Shown: positions 21,292 to 38,514, counted from the stretch's first letter. The stretch: 64,000 bases of DNA from an uncultured Chloroflexia bacterium (GCA_963789435.1 CAWBKO010000009.1:3277-67276); one strand, 5' to 3'. A program made the numbers and translations. The notes: generated from the sequence alone by a model not told the origin.

Positions 21292-22888
21292 GTGGAAGAG
21301 CTCGGATTCATCCTCCTGCTGCTGGCCGTGGTTGCTGCGGTCACCCTGCTTGCCGCCCGCATCGGCATCCCCTATCCGATTCTGATGGTGGTTGCCGGGC
21401 TGGGGATCGGGCTGGTGCCGGGCGTGCCGCGCGTCGAGCTGGATCCGGAGCTCGTCCTTGCGGTCTTCCTTCCGCCGATTCTCTTCTCCGCGGCCTTCTT
21501 CCTGTCGCCACGCGAGCTATGGCGCAACGTGCGCCCGATCACCCTCCTGGCGGTTGGCCTCGTCTTCACGACCACGCTCGCCGTCGCCGCGGTGGTGATT
21601 GCGGTGGCGCCGCAGATCGGGTGGCCGGTTGCGATCACGCTCGGCGCCATCGTGTCGCCGCCGGATGCCATCGCCGCCACGTCGATCGCCCGCCAGCTCA
21701 ACCTGCCACGACGGCTGGTCATCATCTTCGAGGGCGAGAGCCTGGTGAACGACGCCACGGCGCTCACCATCTACCGGCTTGCCGTGGTGGTCGCAGTCCC
21801 AATCGGCAGCGCCGCGACGTTCAACCTCGGTAGTGCCGCCCTGAGCTTCGTCATCGTCGCGGCGGGCGGCGCGTTGGTCGGGCTGGTCGTGGGCTGGGTC
21901 GCATCCTGGCTGCTCTCGCTGATCGAGGATCCGCCGGTCGAGGTGCTCATCAGCCTCCTCGTCCCGTTCACGGCATACCTGCCGGCCGAGCGCCTGGGCG
22001 TCTCCGGCGTCCTTGCCACCGTCGCGGCCGGCCTCCTGCTCGGCTTCCGCGCATCGCGCGTCATGCGATCCGACACCCGGCTGCTGGGGACGTCGACGTG
22101 GAAGATGGTGATCTTCGTGGTCAACGGGCTGGCCTTCCTCCTCATCGGGCTCCAGCTGCCGACGGTGATCAACGACCTCGAGAGCTATGCGGCTGGTGAG
22201 CTCCTCGGCCTCGCCGTTGCGGTCTCGCTGACCGTGGTCGTCGTCAGGCTGGTCTGGGTCTATCCCGCCGCCTATCTCCCTCGGTGGCTCATCCCGTCGG
22301 TGGCCCGCCGCGATCCGGCGCCTCCGGCCCGCGTCCCGCTCATCCTCGGCTGGGGCGGCATGCGGGGTGCGGTCTCGTTGTTCGCTGCGCTCGCGCTCCC
22401 GCTGTCCCGTTCCCCGACCGCGGCCTCGTCATCTTCCTCACCTTCACGGTGATCCTCGTGACGCTCATCGGGCAGGGCCTGACCCTGCCGTCGCTCATCC
22501 GGCTCCTCGGGGTCGTGGACGACGGCACCGTTGAACACGAGGAGACGCACGCACGGGCTGCGGCCACCGCCGCGGCCCTCGTCCGCCTGGAGGAGCTGCG
22601 CAGCGAGGTGCCCGGGCACCTTCCCCTCATCGACCAGCTCAAGGAGCGCTACGAGCACCGCGGCGAGCATCTCGTCCACGATGACGGCGACGGGCCGACC
22701 CTGAAGGGCCCGAGGACATGACCCCCGAGGAGGTCGAGGAGATGGAGCACGACGAGATCCGCCGATCGGTCATCTCGGCTGAGCGGCTGGCGGTCCTCGA
22801 CCTCCGCGATCGCGGCGAGATCAGCGACGACGCGCTGCGGGCCGTCGAGCGCGACCTCGACCTCGACGAGCTCCGGCGCGAAGCGTGA
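21292..22888 (+). CDS. Na+/H+ antiporter, CPA1 (NhaP-type) family; 2 apparent frameshifts (about 22415 and 22718).
   Basis: About 11 TM helices. Motifs GAIVSPPDAIAA and FEGESLVNDATAL. The cytoplasmic C-terminal tail continues in two further frames to TGA 22888. Confidence 0.85.
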
Positions 22889-22898
22889 AGATGAACGC

Positions 22899-26170
<3,272 letters not shown>

Positions 26171-26180
26171 GGCTGCTGGC

Positions 26181-26975
26181 TCAGTGGAGGACCCAGGCGC
26201 GCTCCCCTGCCTCGACCCGGATCGGCAGCCGGTTGGCCGGCCACGGCAGCGGGCAGGTCGCGTACGGGCTGAAGACGCAGGGCGGGTTGTACGCGCGGTT
26301 GAAGTCGACGACCACTGATCCGTCGGCATCGGGCGCGCCGGTGTAGAGGAATCGCCCGCCGCCGTACGTCTCGTGGCCGTTTGTCGCATCCCCGAATACG
26401 AGCCACAGCTCGCCGGAGTCGCCACCGGGCAGGGCCTGGAGCCGATGCGTCGCGCCATCGAGCTCGAAGACCACGTCGCCGGGTGACTCATCGTCCTCGT
26501 CGATGCCGAGCACGTCCGGCACCCGGATCGCGCGACCCGGCGTCGGTTCGAAGCGCGCACGCACGCGCCAGGCGGGGTCGACTGGCCAGTGATCGATCCC
26601 CTCGAACTCGCGGCGGGCCGCCGCCTGGGTGTCCCACGTCCGAACGGCCATGCGGCCACCGCGCTCGATGAGGCACAGGCGTAGCGCACCGAGCTCCAGC
26701 ATCGTGGGTTTGCCCTCATCGTCGCTGACCAATGGCAGGTCCGACACCGGTTCGCCACCGATCGACAGGCCATCGGGCGTGCCATCGGCGCGGACCTCTC
26801 CTTCGGCGAGGGTCAGCGTCCCGGCATGGGGCGGGCCCGCGGGCAGCACGATCTCCGCGTCGGGCGCAGTACCGATCCGGTTGACGCCGGGGCGCAGCCA
26901 GTCGAGGCCCGCGAGGGTGAGCCACCCGACCTCGCGCCGTAGGGCGGCATAGCGCTGCTTGCGCCACGCCTCCAC
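26181..26975 (-). CDS. DUF1684 domain-containing protein.
   Basis: VEAWRKQRYAALR...GWLTLAGLDWL...FGDATNGHETYGGGRFLY...DFNRAYNPPCVFSPYATCPLP. Intact at 264 aa. Confidence 0.8.
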   Translation of the reverse strand: MEAWRKQRYAALRREVGWLTLAGLDWLRPGVNRIGTAPDAEIVLPAGPPHAGTLTLAEGEVRADGTPDGLSIGGEPVSDLPLVSDDEGKPTMLELGALRLCLIERGGRMAVRTWDTQAAARREFEGIDHWPVDPAWRVRARFEPTPGRAIRVPDVLGIDEDDESPGDVVFELDGATHRLQALPGGDSGELWLVFGDATNGHETYGGGRFLYTGAPDADGSVVVDFNRAYNPPCVFSPYATCPLPWPANRLPIRVEAGERAWVLH

Positions 26976-26999
26976 CGCCGGAGACGTGATTCCGATCGG

Positions 27000-27582
27000 T
27001 CACCGAGCCAGGAAGATGAGCGTGGGGCTGGCTCCCGGACCGATACGCACGTAGGAGGCTGGGCCGCCCTCGACCGGATTCGTCGGGCACGGCCCGCCCG
27101 GTCGCGGCTGCACCGTCGAGCGCGACAGCGATCGGTCCCTCGCCGAAGCGCGCCAGGCAGGCGGCCGCGTAGCCCTCGGCGATCGGCTCGGCCAGCACGA
27201 GCTCACTGCGATCGAGCGTGATGCGCCAGCAGTGCGCGCCCAGGATCGTGTCATCACCGACCTCGTGCCACGCCGATCCGAAGGCCGGCTCCAGGTCCTG
27301 CCTGGCTCGCTCGGCGTCGACGGTTGCCAGGACGAGGCCGCGCGGCGCCTCGGTCCAGTCGTCGACCGGCCGAGGAAAGAGCCCGAAGCGGGCGTCGTCG
27401 ACCTCCGGGATGTCCAGCATCTGGACGGGCGCCGCGCGCACGCCCCACCAGAGGATGCGCGCCTGCTCGCCGGGCTCGGCGTACAGCCATTGGGGAAAGC
27501 TCTGGGCACCCTCTTCGCGCAGGATCCGGTTCAGTCCCGCCTGGTCGGGCGCCGCGATGCGGACGTGGCTGATCTCAGGCAT
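27000..27582 (-). CDS. Glyoxalase-like (VOC-fold) domain protein; one apparent frameshift near 27095.
   Basis: [17 protein letters not shown]...LVLAEPIAEGYAAACLARFGEGPIAVAL. The ATG at 27582 overlaps the HIT gene 3' end by 8 nt. The C-terminus continues in the frame ending at 27000. Confidence 0.55.
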
Positions 27583-27994
27583 GAATCGCTGCCTTCCGCA
27601 GACGCTCGGCGACTCCAGCAATCTCGTCGGGATCGCCGGGCGTCGGTGTCCAGGGGTCGATCCAGTCGTCATTCGGCCAGCGCGGGATCGAATGGACGTG
27701 GACGTGGAACACCGTCTGGCCGCCCACCTCGCCGTTGGCAACGAACAGGTCCAGGCCCGGCGGCGCGAGAGCGGTTCGAAGCTGGTCGCAGACCTGGCGG
27801 GTCGCGGCCATCAGGTTGGCCGCCTCTTCGAGGCTGAGGTCCCAGATATCGACAGCGTGCCGGCGAGGCACGGTCAGGACGTGACCGGGGTTGACCGGGT
27901 TGATGTCGAGGAACGAGACCGTGTGCTCGTCCTCGGCCACCCGCTCGGCAGCTCCGGTGCCATCCACGATCGCGCAGAAGATGCAGTCAGTCAT
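27575..27994 (-). CDS. HIT family hydrolase.
   Basis: CIFCAIV...[16 protein letters not shown]...[13 protein letters not shown] (histidine triad). The ATG at 27994 overlaps the gatA 3' end by 8 nt. Confidence 0.88.
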   Translation of the reverse strand: MTDCIFCAIVDGTGAAERVAEDEHTVSFLDINPVNPGHVLTVPRRHAVDIWDLSLEEAANLMAATRQVCDQLRTALAPPGLDLFVANGEVGGQTVFHVHVHSIPRWPNDDWIDPWTPTPGDPDEIAGVAERLRKAAIHA

Positions 27995-29503
27995 GCGCTG
28001 TGGGCGGCCGCAGGTCGCTGATTCCGGCGGCGCGCTCGTACGCATCGGCGACTCGCAGGATGGTGGCCTCGTCGAATGCCCGGCCGATGACCTGGAGCCC
28101 GACCGGGAGGCCGTCGGAGAGCCCGCACGGCACGCTGATGCCGGGCAGTCCGGCGATGTTGACCGGCAGGGTGCAGGCGTCGTTCAGGTACATGGCGAGG
28201 GGGTCGTCGACCTTTGCGCCGATCCTGAAGGCCACGTTCGGCGAGGTCGGCGCCAGGATGGCGTCGACGGTGCCAAGGACCTCGTCGAACTCGGCCTTGA
28301 TGAGGGTACGAACCTGCTGCGCCTTGACGTAATACGCATCGTAATAGCCGGCCGACAGCGCGTAGGTGCCGAGCATGATCCGTCGCTTGACCTCGGGGCC
28401 GAACCCCGCGCCGCGGGTGTGGGTGTAGTTCTCCCAGATCTCGTCGGCGCCGGCTGAGAGCCCGTAGCGCACGCCGTCGAAGCGAGCGAGATTGGCCGAT
28501 GCTTCGGCCGGGGCGATGATGTAGTACGTGGCCAGCCCGCGATCCGTCGAGGGCAGGCTGACGTCCACGATCTCCGCCCCAAGCCCACGCAGCGTCTCGA
28601 CCCCGGCGCGCACGGCCACCTCAACCCCCGGCTCCATCCCGGGCACGAAGTACTCGCGCGGGACGCCGAGGCGCAGGCCCTTGACGTCACCGGTCAGCGC
28701 CGCCGCGTAGTCCGGGACCGGCGTGTCGACGCTGGTCGAGTCGCGCGGATCGTGGCCCGCCAGCGCGCCCAGCACGGTCGCCACGTCCCGGACCGAGCGG
28801 GCGAACGGCCCGCACTGGTCGAGGCTGGACGCGAAGGCGACCATCCCCCATCGGCTCACCCGCCCGTAGGTCGGCTTCATGCCGACGGTGCCGGTCAACG
28901 AGGCCGGCTGGCGGATCGAGCCCCCGGTATCGGTCCCGAGCGCGAAAACGGCCTGGCCCGCCGCCACCGCTGCCGACGAGCCGCCGCTCGAGCCGCCCGG
29001 GACGGTCGTCTCGTCCCACGGGTTGCGCACCGGGCCATAGGCGCTGTTCTCGTTGCTCGAGCCCATCGCGAACTCGTCGCAGTTCGTCTTGCCGAGCAGG
29101 ATCGCTCCGGCCGCCTCCAGCCGCTCCTGGGCCGAGGAGGCGAACGGCGACCGGAACCCGGCGAGGATCCGTGAGCCGGCCGTGGTCGGCAGGCCGCCGG
29201 GGAGATCGCGGCCTTCGTCGTCGAGCGCGCGGGTGACGAAGATGTCCTTCAGCGCGTACGGGATGCCGAGCAGCGGCTGGTCCGATCCGTCGCTGCGGGC
29301 GAGTGCCTCATCCGCTCGATCGGCGGCGGCGCGAGCCGCATCGGCCTCGATGGCCAGGAAGCTGTTCAGCCGCTCGGCGTCCCGCTCGATGCGGACCAGG
29401 CAGGCGTCGGTCGAGCTCGCGCGCGCTGAGCTGGCGGTCGTGGAGCAGCGCGCTCAGCTCGGTGATGGTGCGGTCGGCGATCGGAAGCGTCACCGGCCCC
29501 TGG
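27987..29503 (-). CDS. gatA: Asp/Glu-tRNA amidotransferase subunit A; one apparent frameshift near 29425.
   Basis: Amidase signature [14 protein letters not shown]...[13 protein letters not shown]-terminal part: [28 protein letters not shown], then [18 protein letters not shown]...[12 protein letters not shown] in another frame. Confidence 0.9.
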
Positions 29504-29794
29504 GCCCTGGAGGACGGTCGGCACGCGCAGGAACGGGTCATCGCGCAGCGGCGCATTGGCCAGCGCCGCCTCCCTCGTCAGGCCGGGACGCACCTCGTCC
29601 TCGCGCATCACGTTCTCGAGCTGGATGACGGAGGCGGTCGGCCCGACGTGGCTGGTGTCGACCTGCTGCAGCGTCTCGATCGCCTCGAGGATGTTCGACA
29701 GCTGCGTCTGCATGCGGTCAACCTCGTCGTCGGTCAGGTGGAGGCGCGCGAGGTGGGCGACGTGCTCGACGTCCTGGCGGGTGATGCTTGCCAT
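29501..29794 (-). CDS. gatC: Asp/Glu-tRNA amidotransferase subunit C; the 3' end is approximate because the expected stop is lost to an apparent 1-nt indel near 29510.
   Basis: MASITRQDVEHVAHLARLHLTDDEVDRMQTQLSNILEAIETLQQVDTSHV...LRVPTVL. As read, the frame runs on to 29366. A TGA overlapping the gatA GTG is one base out of frame. Confidence 0.85.
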
Positions 29795-29800
29795 GAGCCG

Positions 29801-29806
29801 ATGGTA
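29801..29806 (-). promoter_or_regulatory. -10 box TACCAT, 6 nt upstream of the gatC ATG (leaderless-type).
   Basis: The minus strand reads TACCATCGGCTC-ATG, with no SD. Confidence 0.4.
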
Positions 29807-29934
29807 GCGCGCACGCGCAGCCACGGCAGTGCCGCATCCCATCGGACCAGTGGCGTGGAGCCGTGCTCTCGTGCAGTCGTGCAGTCGGAACATGCCGTGA
29901 TGAGAACGCTCGCCATCTGGCAGCATTGGTGCCG

Positions 29935-30765
29935 ATGACCACTTCATCTCACCCGATCCCCGGCGGGCGGATCGAATGGTTCTCGCTCGCGGGGGAAGGC
30001 GGGGTCCCGCTGGTGGTGCTCGGCGGCGTCGAGACCGGCTTTCGGCCACTGGCCGGCACCCAGCAGGTGCTCGCGCGCCGCTGGGAGGGCCGAACGCAGC
30101 GGCGTTCGGTCATGGTCCTCGGCCGCCCGATTCCGGACGATCCCGCCGATGCGGAGCGAATCATGCACCCGCGGGTCATCGCCGACGGGATCGCCACCAC
30201 GCTTCGCGACCTGGGCCTCGGGCCGGTCGCCATCGAGGCCGAGTCGGGCGGCGGCCGCATCAGCCTCTGGCTCACGGTCGATCATCCCGACCTCGTCGAG
30301 CGCCTGGTGCTGGCGGCCGTGTCCTCCGAGACGCCGCCCGACTCCCCCATGGCCGAACGAATGCGCCGATGGATCGCGCTGGCCGAGGCAGGCGACTGGG
30401 GCACCTTCTTCGCGATGATGGCGCAGCAGATGAAGGCCGCCACCGAGACCGAATCCGGCACCTTCGGCGCCGCGGCACGCCTCCAGCCGCGGCCGGCGAC
30501 GCCGGAGCGCTTCATCGGCGAGCTGAAGGCGACGCTCGACCCGAGCTCGTTCGTGACCGATCGGCTTGGCGAGATCGCCGTGCCGGCCCTCATCCTGGCC
30601 GGCGAGATGGACCAGGTCGTCCCGCTCGCTTCCACGCAGCTGGTTGCCGAGCGCATCCGCAACGCGCTGCTGGTGACCGATCCCGACTGCGGCCACACCG
30701 TCCGAAGCTCGTTCGCCGGCTACGACCGGCTGGTCGAGGAATTCCTGGCGGAGGGTGACCGATGA
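29935..30765 (+). CDS. Alpha/beta-fold hydrolase.
   Basis: 276-aa ORF. The nucleophile-elbow-like motif is AESGGG. It has C-terminal ...DPDCGHTV (catalytic His region). Confidence 0.7.
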   Translation: MTTSSHPIPGGRIEWFSLAGEGGVPLVVLGGVETGFRPLAGTQQVLARRWEGRTQRRSVMVLGRPIPDDPADAERIMHPRVIADGIATTLRDLGLGPVAIEAESGGGRISLWLTVDHPDLVERLVLAAVSSETPPDSPMAERMRRWIALAEAGDWGTFFAMMAQQMKAATETESGTFGAAARLQPRPATPERFIGELKATLDPSSFVTDRLGEIAVPALILAGEMDQVVPLASTQLVAERIRNALLVTDPDCGHTVRSSFAGYDRLVEEFLAEGDR

Positions 30766-31181
30766 GCTGGACACCGCCGGCGGTTGGCGCGCGGGCCAGC
30801 TGGACGAGGACCTTCACGGCGGCCGACGTCGAGGCGTTCGCCGGCATCAGTGGCGACCGCAACCCGCTCCACTTCGATGCCGCCTTCGCCGAAGGCACGC
30901 GCGTCGGGCGCCTCGTGGTGCAGGGCGGCCTGACGACCGGACTCTTCAACGCGCTGGTCGCCATGGAGCTGCCCGGTCCGGGCAGCGTCTTCCTGCACCA
31001 GGAATGGGACTACCCCGCACCGGTCTACATCGGCGACACGGTCACCGCCGAGGCCGAGGTCATCGAGGCACGCGCCGACAAGCCGATCACGCGGCTTCGC
31101 TGCATCGCGCGCCGCGACGATGGCACGGAGGTGCTCCGAGGCGAGTGCCTCGTCTACACGATGCGACCCGACGTCGCGTGA
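30762..31181 (+). CDS. MaoC-like (R)-specific enoyl-CoA hydratase / hot-dog fold dehydratase.
   Basis: FAGISGDRNPLHFD...VVQGGL. ATGA overlap with the upstream gene. Confidence 0.85.
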   Translation: MSWTPPAVGARASWTRTFTAADVEAFAGISGDRNPLHFDAAFAEGTRVGRLVVQGGLTTGLFNALVAMELPGPGSVFLHQEWDYPAPVYIGDTVTAEAEVIEARADKPITRLRCIARRDDGTEVLRGECLVYTMRPDVA

Positions 31182-32420
31182 CGTCGTCCGCAGCGACCGA
31201 GCCGCGCGGTCGCTGGCCCCAGCTCGCGGTCCTGGCCGCCGCGTTGCTGCTGGCGCTCGTTCCGTGGTTCAGCGCCGCGTCGGTCGCGCCGCTCATCGCC
31301 GCCGAGTGGCAGATCACCCGTCTCGAGACCGCGCTGCTGACGGTGGCCGTGCAGCTCGGGTTCGTGGTGGGAGCGCTCATCGTCGCGTTCACGGGAGCGG
31401 CCGACGTCATTCCGGCCCGGCGTCTCATCGCAGGTGGTGCGCTGCTGGCGGCAGTCGCGAACGCCGCATTCGCCATCCTCGCCACGGAGCTGGTCACCGC
31501 GCTGCCCCTGCGCGCGCTGAGCGGCGCCGGCATCGCCGCCGTGTACCCGGTGGCAATGAAGGTGCTCGCGGGGTGGTTCAGCCGGGGGCGCGGGCTGGCT
31601 GTCGGCATCCTGACCGGCGCAATCACCCTCGGCACGGCGGCGCCGCATCTGCTCCGTGCGGGCGGCACGCTGGCCGGCCTCGACTGGCGAGATGGTCGTG
31701 CTGGCCGCCACCGTGCCCTGCCTCGCCGCGGCCGCGATCGCCTGGTGGGGCGTCCGCGAGGGTCCGCTGTCGACGCCGGCGGCCCGGCTCAGCCTGCGCA
31801 TGGCGCGCGCCGCCCTCAGCGAGCGCAGCGTGCAGCTGGCCAACCTCGGCTACCTCGGCCACATGTGGGAGCTCTACGCCATGTGGACCTGGGTGCCGGC
31901 CTTCATTGCCGCCAGCCTCGCCATCTCCGGCGAGGTCGATGCCTCCGGGGCCAGCGGCGTCGCCTTCCTGGTCGTGGCGGCGGGCGCCATCGGCTGCGTC
32001 GCGGCCGGCGCCCTTGCCGACCGGCTCGGTCGCACCACCCTGACGATCGCGGCCATGGCGCTCTCGGGCTCCAGCGCGATCGCGGCCGGCCTCCTGTTCG
32101 GCGCCCCGACCGCCATCCTGCTGGCCGTGCTGGTGGTCTGGGGGATCACCGTCATCGCCGACTCGGCCCAGTTCTCGACCGCCATCAGCGAGCTGGCGCC
32201 GCCGGGCACGGCGGGATCGGCGCTCGCGCTGCAGACCGCGGCCGGCTTCCTGCTGACCGGCGTCACGATCGTGGGCGTCGGCCTCCTGGATCCCGGCGAC
32301 CGCGATGCATGGACGCTCGCCTTCGCCATCCTCGCCGTCGGGCCTCTGGTCGGGATTCTGGCCATGCTCCGGTTACGCCGCCGCCCCGACGCCGTCCGCA
32401 TGGCCGGCGGGAGGCGCTAG
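31178..32420 (+). CDS. MFS transporter; one apparent frameshift near 31685.
   Basis: The GTG start overlaps the MaoC stop (GTGA). There are 12 TM-like segments split over two frames. The second part is ORF 31656-32420. Confidence 0.75.
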
Positions 32421-32442
32421 TCGAGCGTTACGGAGAGCAGCA

Positions 32443-35075
<2,633 letters not shown>

Positions 35076-35096
35076 CTATTTGACCCGTGGGGCGGG

Positions 35097-35591
35097 TCAA
35101 GCGCCCGGCGGATCCTCATCGTCGTCGTCCTCGGCGAACCAGCCGCGCAGGTGGGCGGTGTGCTCACGATAGTGCGCCGGCCCGTCGTAGCCGATCACCT
35201 CCGCCACGGTGTCGCCATTGCCGAGTCGGACGTCGAGCAGCGCAGGGTCGAGTGCCGTTAGCGCGGAGACGAGGCTTGCGTAGGCGCGCTCCTCGCGGTC
35301 GACGGCGGCGTCCGGCTCCGTCTGCCGCGACTCCTCCAGCAGGCGGGCGTTCATCGCATCGGTCTGGGAGGTGTCGTAGGCGAACTCGTCACCCCGCCCC
35401 TCGGTCGCCAGGCGCAGCGCGTCCGTCGCGTGCTCCGCCCAGAACGCCACGTGCACGACCAGGTCGCGGACGCTCCAGTCCTCCACGACGCCGGGGGCCG
35501 TCACGAGCTCGACGTCGACCGCCTCGAGGGCGTCCACGAAGGCATCGTGCTCGGCCGCGAGCTCGGCAAGGAGGTCCTGGATGCGGCTCAT
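35097..35591 (-). CDS. DinB-family (DinB_2 / maleylpyruvate-isomerase N-terminal-like) protein, paralog 1.
   Basis: WSVRDLVVHVAFWAEH...GPAHYREHTAHL. 164 aa with an acidic tail. The ATG overlaps the stop of paralog 2. Confidence 0.7.
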   Translation of the reverse strand: MSRIQDLLAELAAEHDAFVDALEAVDVELVTAPGVVEDWSVRDLVVHVAFWAEHATDALRLATEGRGDEFAYDTSQTDAMNARLLEESRQTEPDAAVDREERAYASLVSALTALDPALLDVRLGNGDTVAEVIGYDGPAHYREHTAHLRGWFAEDDDDEDPPGA

Positions 35592-36049
35592 CGGTCCTCG
35601 CTCGTCGACCTCAGGTCCGCGGCGTGCTCCCGATAGTGCTCAGAGCCGTCCTCCCGGATGCCCTGCGCCAGCGTGGCGCCGTCAGGCAGGGACTGGGAGA
35701 GCAGCGCCGGGTCGATCCCGGCCACGCGGTCGAGCAATGCCTGCACCGACGCGGCCTCGCGCTTGCGCGCCGTGGCCAGATCGGTCTGACGCGCGACGCG
35801 GGCCACCGTCTCGTTGCGCTCGTCGACGGAAGGCTCATCGATGCCCACCTCACTCGCGCGGCCGGTCTCCACGGCGTGGATGACCTCAACCGCGTGCCCC
35901 ACCCAGTAGCCGAGGTGCGCGACCAGCTCGCGCGCGCTCCAGTCACCGACAAGTGCCGGCGCCGTTTGATCGGCCTCCTCGAAAGCGGCCAGGAATTCGG
36001 CACGAGCGACGACCAGGTCCTCAGCCAGCGCGGCGGCATCCTCGGTCAT
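35588..36049 (-). CDS. DinB-family protein, paralog 2.
   Basis: WSARELVAHLGYWVGH...GSEHYREHAADL. 153 aa. The ATG at 36049 overlaps the pcrA stop (ATGA). Confidence 0.7.
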   Translation of the reverse strand: MTEDAAALAEDLVVARAEFLAAFEEADQTAPALVGDWSARELVAHLGYWVGHAVEVIHAVETGRASEVGIDEPSVDERNETVARVARQTDLATARKREAASVQALLDRVAGIDPALLSQSLPDGATLAQGIREDGSEHYREHAADLRSTSEDR

Positions 36050-38514
36050 GCGCGTTCCAGTCCGGCATACGCGGCGATCAGGCGCTTCACGCCCTCGCCC
36101 ACGAAGGCGACCGTGACCTCCTCGTCGCCCTTCACGATCCGGCTGCTGACCACGATCCCGTCGCCGAAGCGGCGGTGCTTCACGCGATCGCCGGCCTTCC
36201 ACGCCGGGTCCTCCTCGGCGCCGAGCGCGTCCCCCGCCCCGGGCGCGGAGAACGTGCCACTTCCCAGATCGACCGCGCCGGCCCCGGTGTAGTTCGCGGA
36301 CGCGACCCGCTGGCGGGCGGCGTCGAGCTGGCGGCCGACGGGCCGTGGGGTCGGCGGCGCACTCATGTCGGGCAGCGAGATGGGCCGCAGTGGCTCGTTC
36401 ACGTGACGGGTGGGCGAGCGGTAGCCGCCGGGCAGCCAGCCGCCCTCGTCATCCGTCCCGCGTGGCCAGTCGCCGCCGCGCCGGAAGGGTGCGGCCGAGC
36501 GCTCGGAGGCGAGCAGCTCCTCGGGGAGCTCGGAAAGGAAGCGCGACGCATCGGACTGGGCGCCGACGCCATAGGTTGACCGATGGTGGGCGTGCACCAG
36601 GTAGAGCCGATCCTTTGCCCGCGTCATGCCAACGTAGGCAAGTCGCCGCTCCTCCTCGAGCTCGCGCTCGTCCTCGAGCGCACGCCGATGCGGCAGCAGG
36701 CCCTCCTCCATGCCGACGATGAAGACGACCGGGAACTCGAGTCCCTTGGCCGCGTGGAGCGTGATCAGGGTCGCCCGGTCGGGCAGCTCGTCGAGCTCGT
36801 CCTGATCGCTGACGAGCGCCACCTCCTCGAGGAACCGGGCGAGCCCCTCGGGCGGGGCGATCTCGTCGAACTCGGCCGCGTGATTGCGCAGCTCGGTGAC
36901 GTTTGCCCATCGCTCCTCGCCGTCGTCGGTGCCGTCCTGGATGGCCGCCTGGAGGCCCGAGCGCTCGAGCGCCGCGTCGAAGATCGCCGAGGGCGGCTCG
37001 GTGGCAGCCATGGCGATCAGCCCGCGCATGAGATCGGCGAACACGGCGAGCTGGGCGCGTGCCCGCGGCGCCAGGTTCGGATTCTGGCCGGCCTGCTCGA
37101 CCGCAGTGAACATGCTGACGTCGCGCGATTCGGCCCACGCGCCGAGCTCCTCGACCGTCTTCGCCCCGATGCCGCGCGCCGGCACGTTGATGATCCGGCC
37201 CAGCGCCACGCGATCGGCCTGGTTCCGCGCCAGCCGGACGTAGGCGAGCGCGTCCTTCACCTCGCGTCGCTCGTAGAAGCGGGTGCCGCCCACCAGCTGA
37301 TACGGGATCCCGAACCGCATGAACGACTCCTCGATCACGCGGCTCTGGGCGTTGATGCGGTAGGCGATGGCGATGTCGCCGTAGCGCAGGGAGCCGTCCT
37401 CGTCGTCAGCACGGCTGGTCAGCAGGCGGGTCATCGAGCCGCGGCCGGCGCCGCCGACCAGCTTCTCGACCTGCCGCGCGACGAACTCCGCCTCCTCGTA
37501 CTCGTTGTAGGCGTCGAACAGCGTGATCTGCGCGCCGGTGCCGCGATCGGTCCACAGCTTCTTGTCCTTGCGGCCCGCATTGCGGCTGACGACCGCGTGG
37601 GCTGCGTCCAGGATGGTCTGCGTGGAGCGGTAGTTCTGCTCGAGCTTCACGACCTTGCAGTCGGGGTAGTCCGCCTCGAAGTCGAGGATGTTGCGCAGGT
37701 CGGCCCCCCGCCAGGAGTAGATGCTCTGGTCGTCGTCGCCGACCACCGCCAGGTTGCGGTGCTTGGCTGCCAGGTGACGGCAGAGCAGGTACTGAGCGCG
37801 GTTGGTGTCCTGGTACTCGTCCACGTTGATCTGCTGCCAGCGCGCCTGGTACTTGGCGAGCACGTCGGGATGCTGCTCGAACAGGAACACGGCGCGCATC
37901 AGGAGATCGTCGAAGTCGACGGCGTCGTCCTCGCCGAGCTGACGCTGGTAGGCCTCGTAGACCTTCGCGGCCGTCTCGTCGTAGTAGTTCGCCGCCTGCC
38001 GGGTCGCCGTTGCCACGTCCGCGAGCTCATCCTTGCGCTGCCCGATCCAGGCCAGCATGCCGGCCGGGCTGAAGCGCTTCTCGTCGAGGTCCAGCCGACG
38101 CAGGATGGCCTTGACCAGCGCGACCTGGTCGGCCCGGTCGTAGATGGTGAAGCTGCGGGTGAGGCCGATGGCGGCGCCGTCGCGCCGCAGGATTCGGGCG
38201 CAGATGCTGTGGAAGGTGCCGATCGTCGCTTCGCGCGCCGCCTCTTCGCCGATGAGCCCGGCGATCCGCTCGCGCATCTCACCGGCGGCCTTGTTGGTGA
38301 AGGTGACGGCAACGATCTGCCACGGCTTGTAGCTCGTGGCGACGAGGTACGCGACACGGTGAGCGAGCACGCGGGTCTTGCCGCTGCCCGCCCCCGCCAG
38401 GATGAGGAGCGGGCCGGACAGGTGGCTGACAGCCTCGCGCTGCGGCTCGTTCAGGCGCGCCAGGATCTCCTTGGCGGTGAGCCGCGGGACGGGTGCGGTG
38501 GCGGCGTCGGGCAT
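36046..38514 (-). CDS. pcrA: ATP-dependent DNA helicase PcrA/UvrD (SF1).
   Basis: LILAGAGSGKT, VTFTNKAAGEM, DEYQDTN, QNYRST, HAAKGLEF and VGMTRAK. There is a C-terminal Tudor-like extension. Intact at 822 aa. Confidence 0.95.
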   Translation of the reverse strand: MPDAATAPVPRLTAKEILARLNEPQREAVSHLSGPLLILAGAGSGKTRVLAHRVAYLVATSYKPWQIVAVTFTNKAAGEMRERIAGLIGEEAAREATIGTFHSICARILRRDGAAIGLTRSFTIYDRADQVALVKAILRRLDLDEKRFSPAGMLAWIGQRKDELADVATATRQAANYYDETAAKVYEAYQRQLGEDDAVDFDDLLMRAVFLFEQHPDVLAKYQARWQQINVDEYQDTNRAQYLLCRHLAAKHRNLAVVGDDDQSIYSWRGADLRNILDFEADYPDCKVVKLEQNYRSTQTILDAAHAVVSRNAGRKDKKLWTDRGTGAQITLFDAYNEYEEAEFVARQVEKLVGGAGRGSMTRLLTSRADDEDGSLRYGDIAIAYRINAQSRVIEESFMRFGIPYQLVGGTRFYERREVKDALAYVRLARNQADRVALGRIINVPARGIGAKTVEELGAWAESRDVSMFTAVEQAGQNPNLAPRARAQLAVFADLMRGLIAMAATEPPSAIFDAALERSGLQAAIQDGTDDGEERWANVTELRNHAAEFDEIAPPEGLARFLEEVALVSDQDELDELPDRATLITLHAAKGLEFPVVFIVGMEEGLLPHRRALEDERELEEERRLAYVGMTRAKDRLYLVHAHHRSTYGVGAQSDASRFLSELPEELLASERSAAPFRRGGDWPRGTDDEGGWLPGGYRSPTRHVNEPLRPISLPDMSAPPTPRPVGRQLDAARQRVASANYTGAGAVDLGSGTFSAPGAGDALGAEEDPAWKAGDRVKHRRFGDGIVVSSRIVKGDEEVTVAFVGEGVKRLIAAYAGLERA

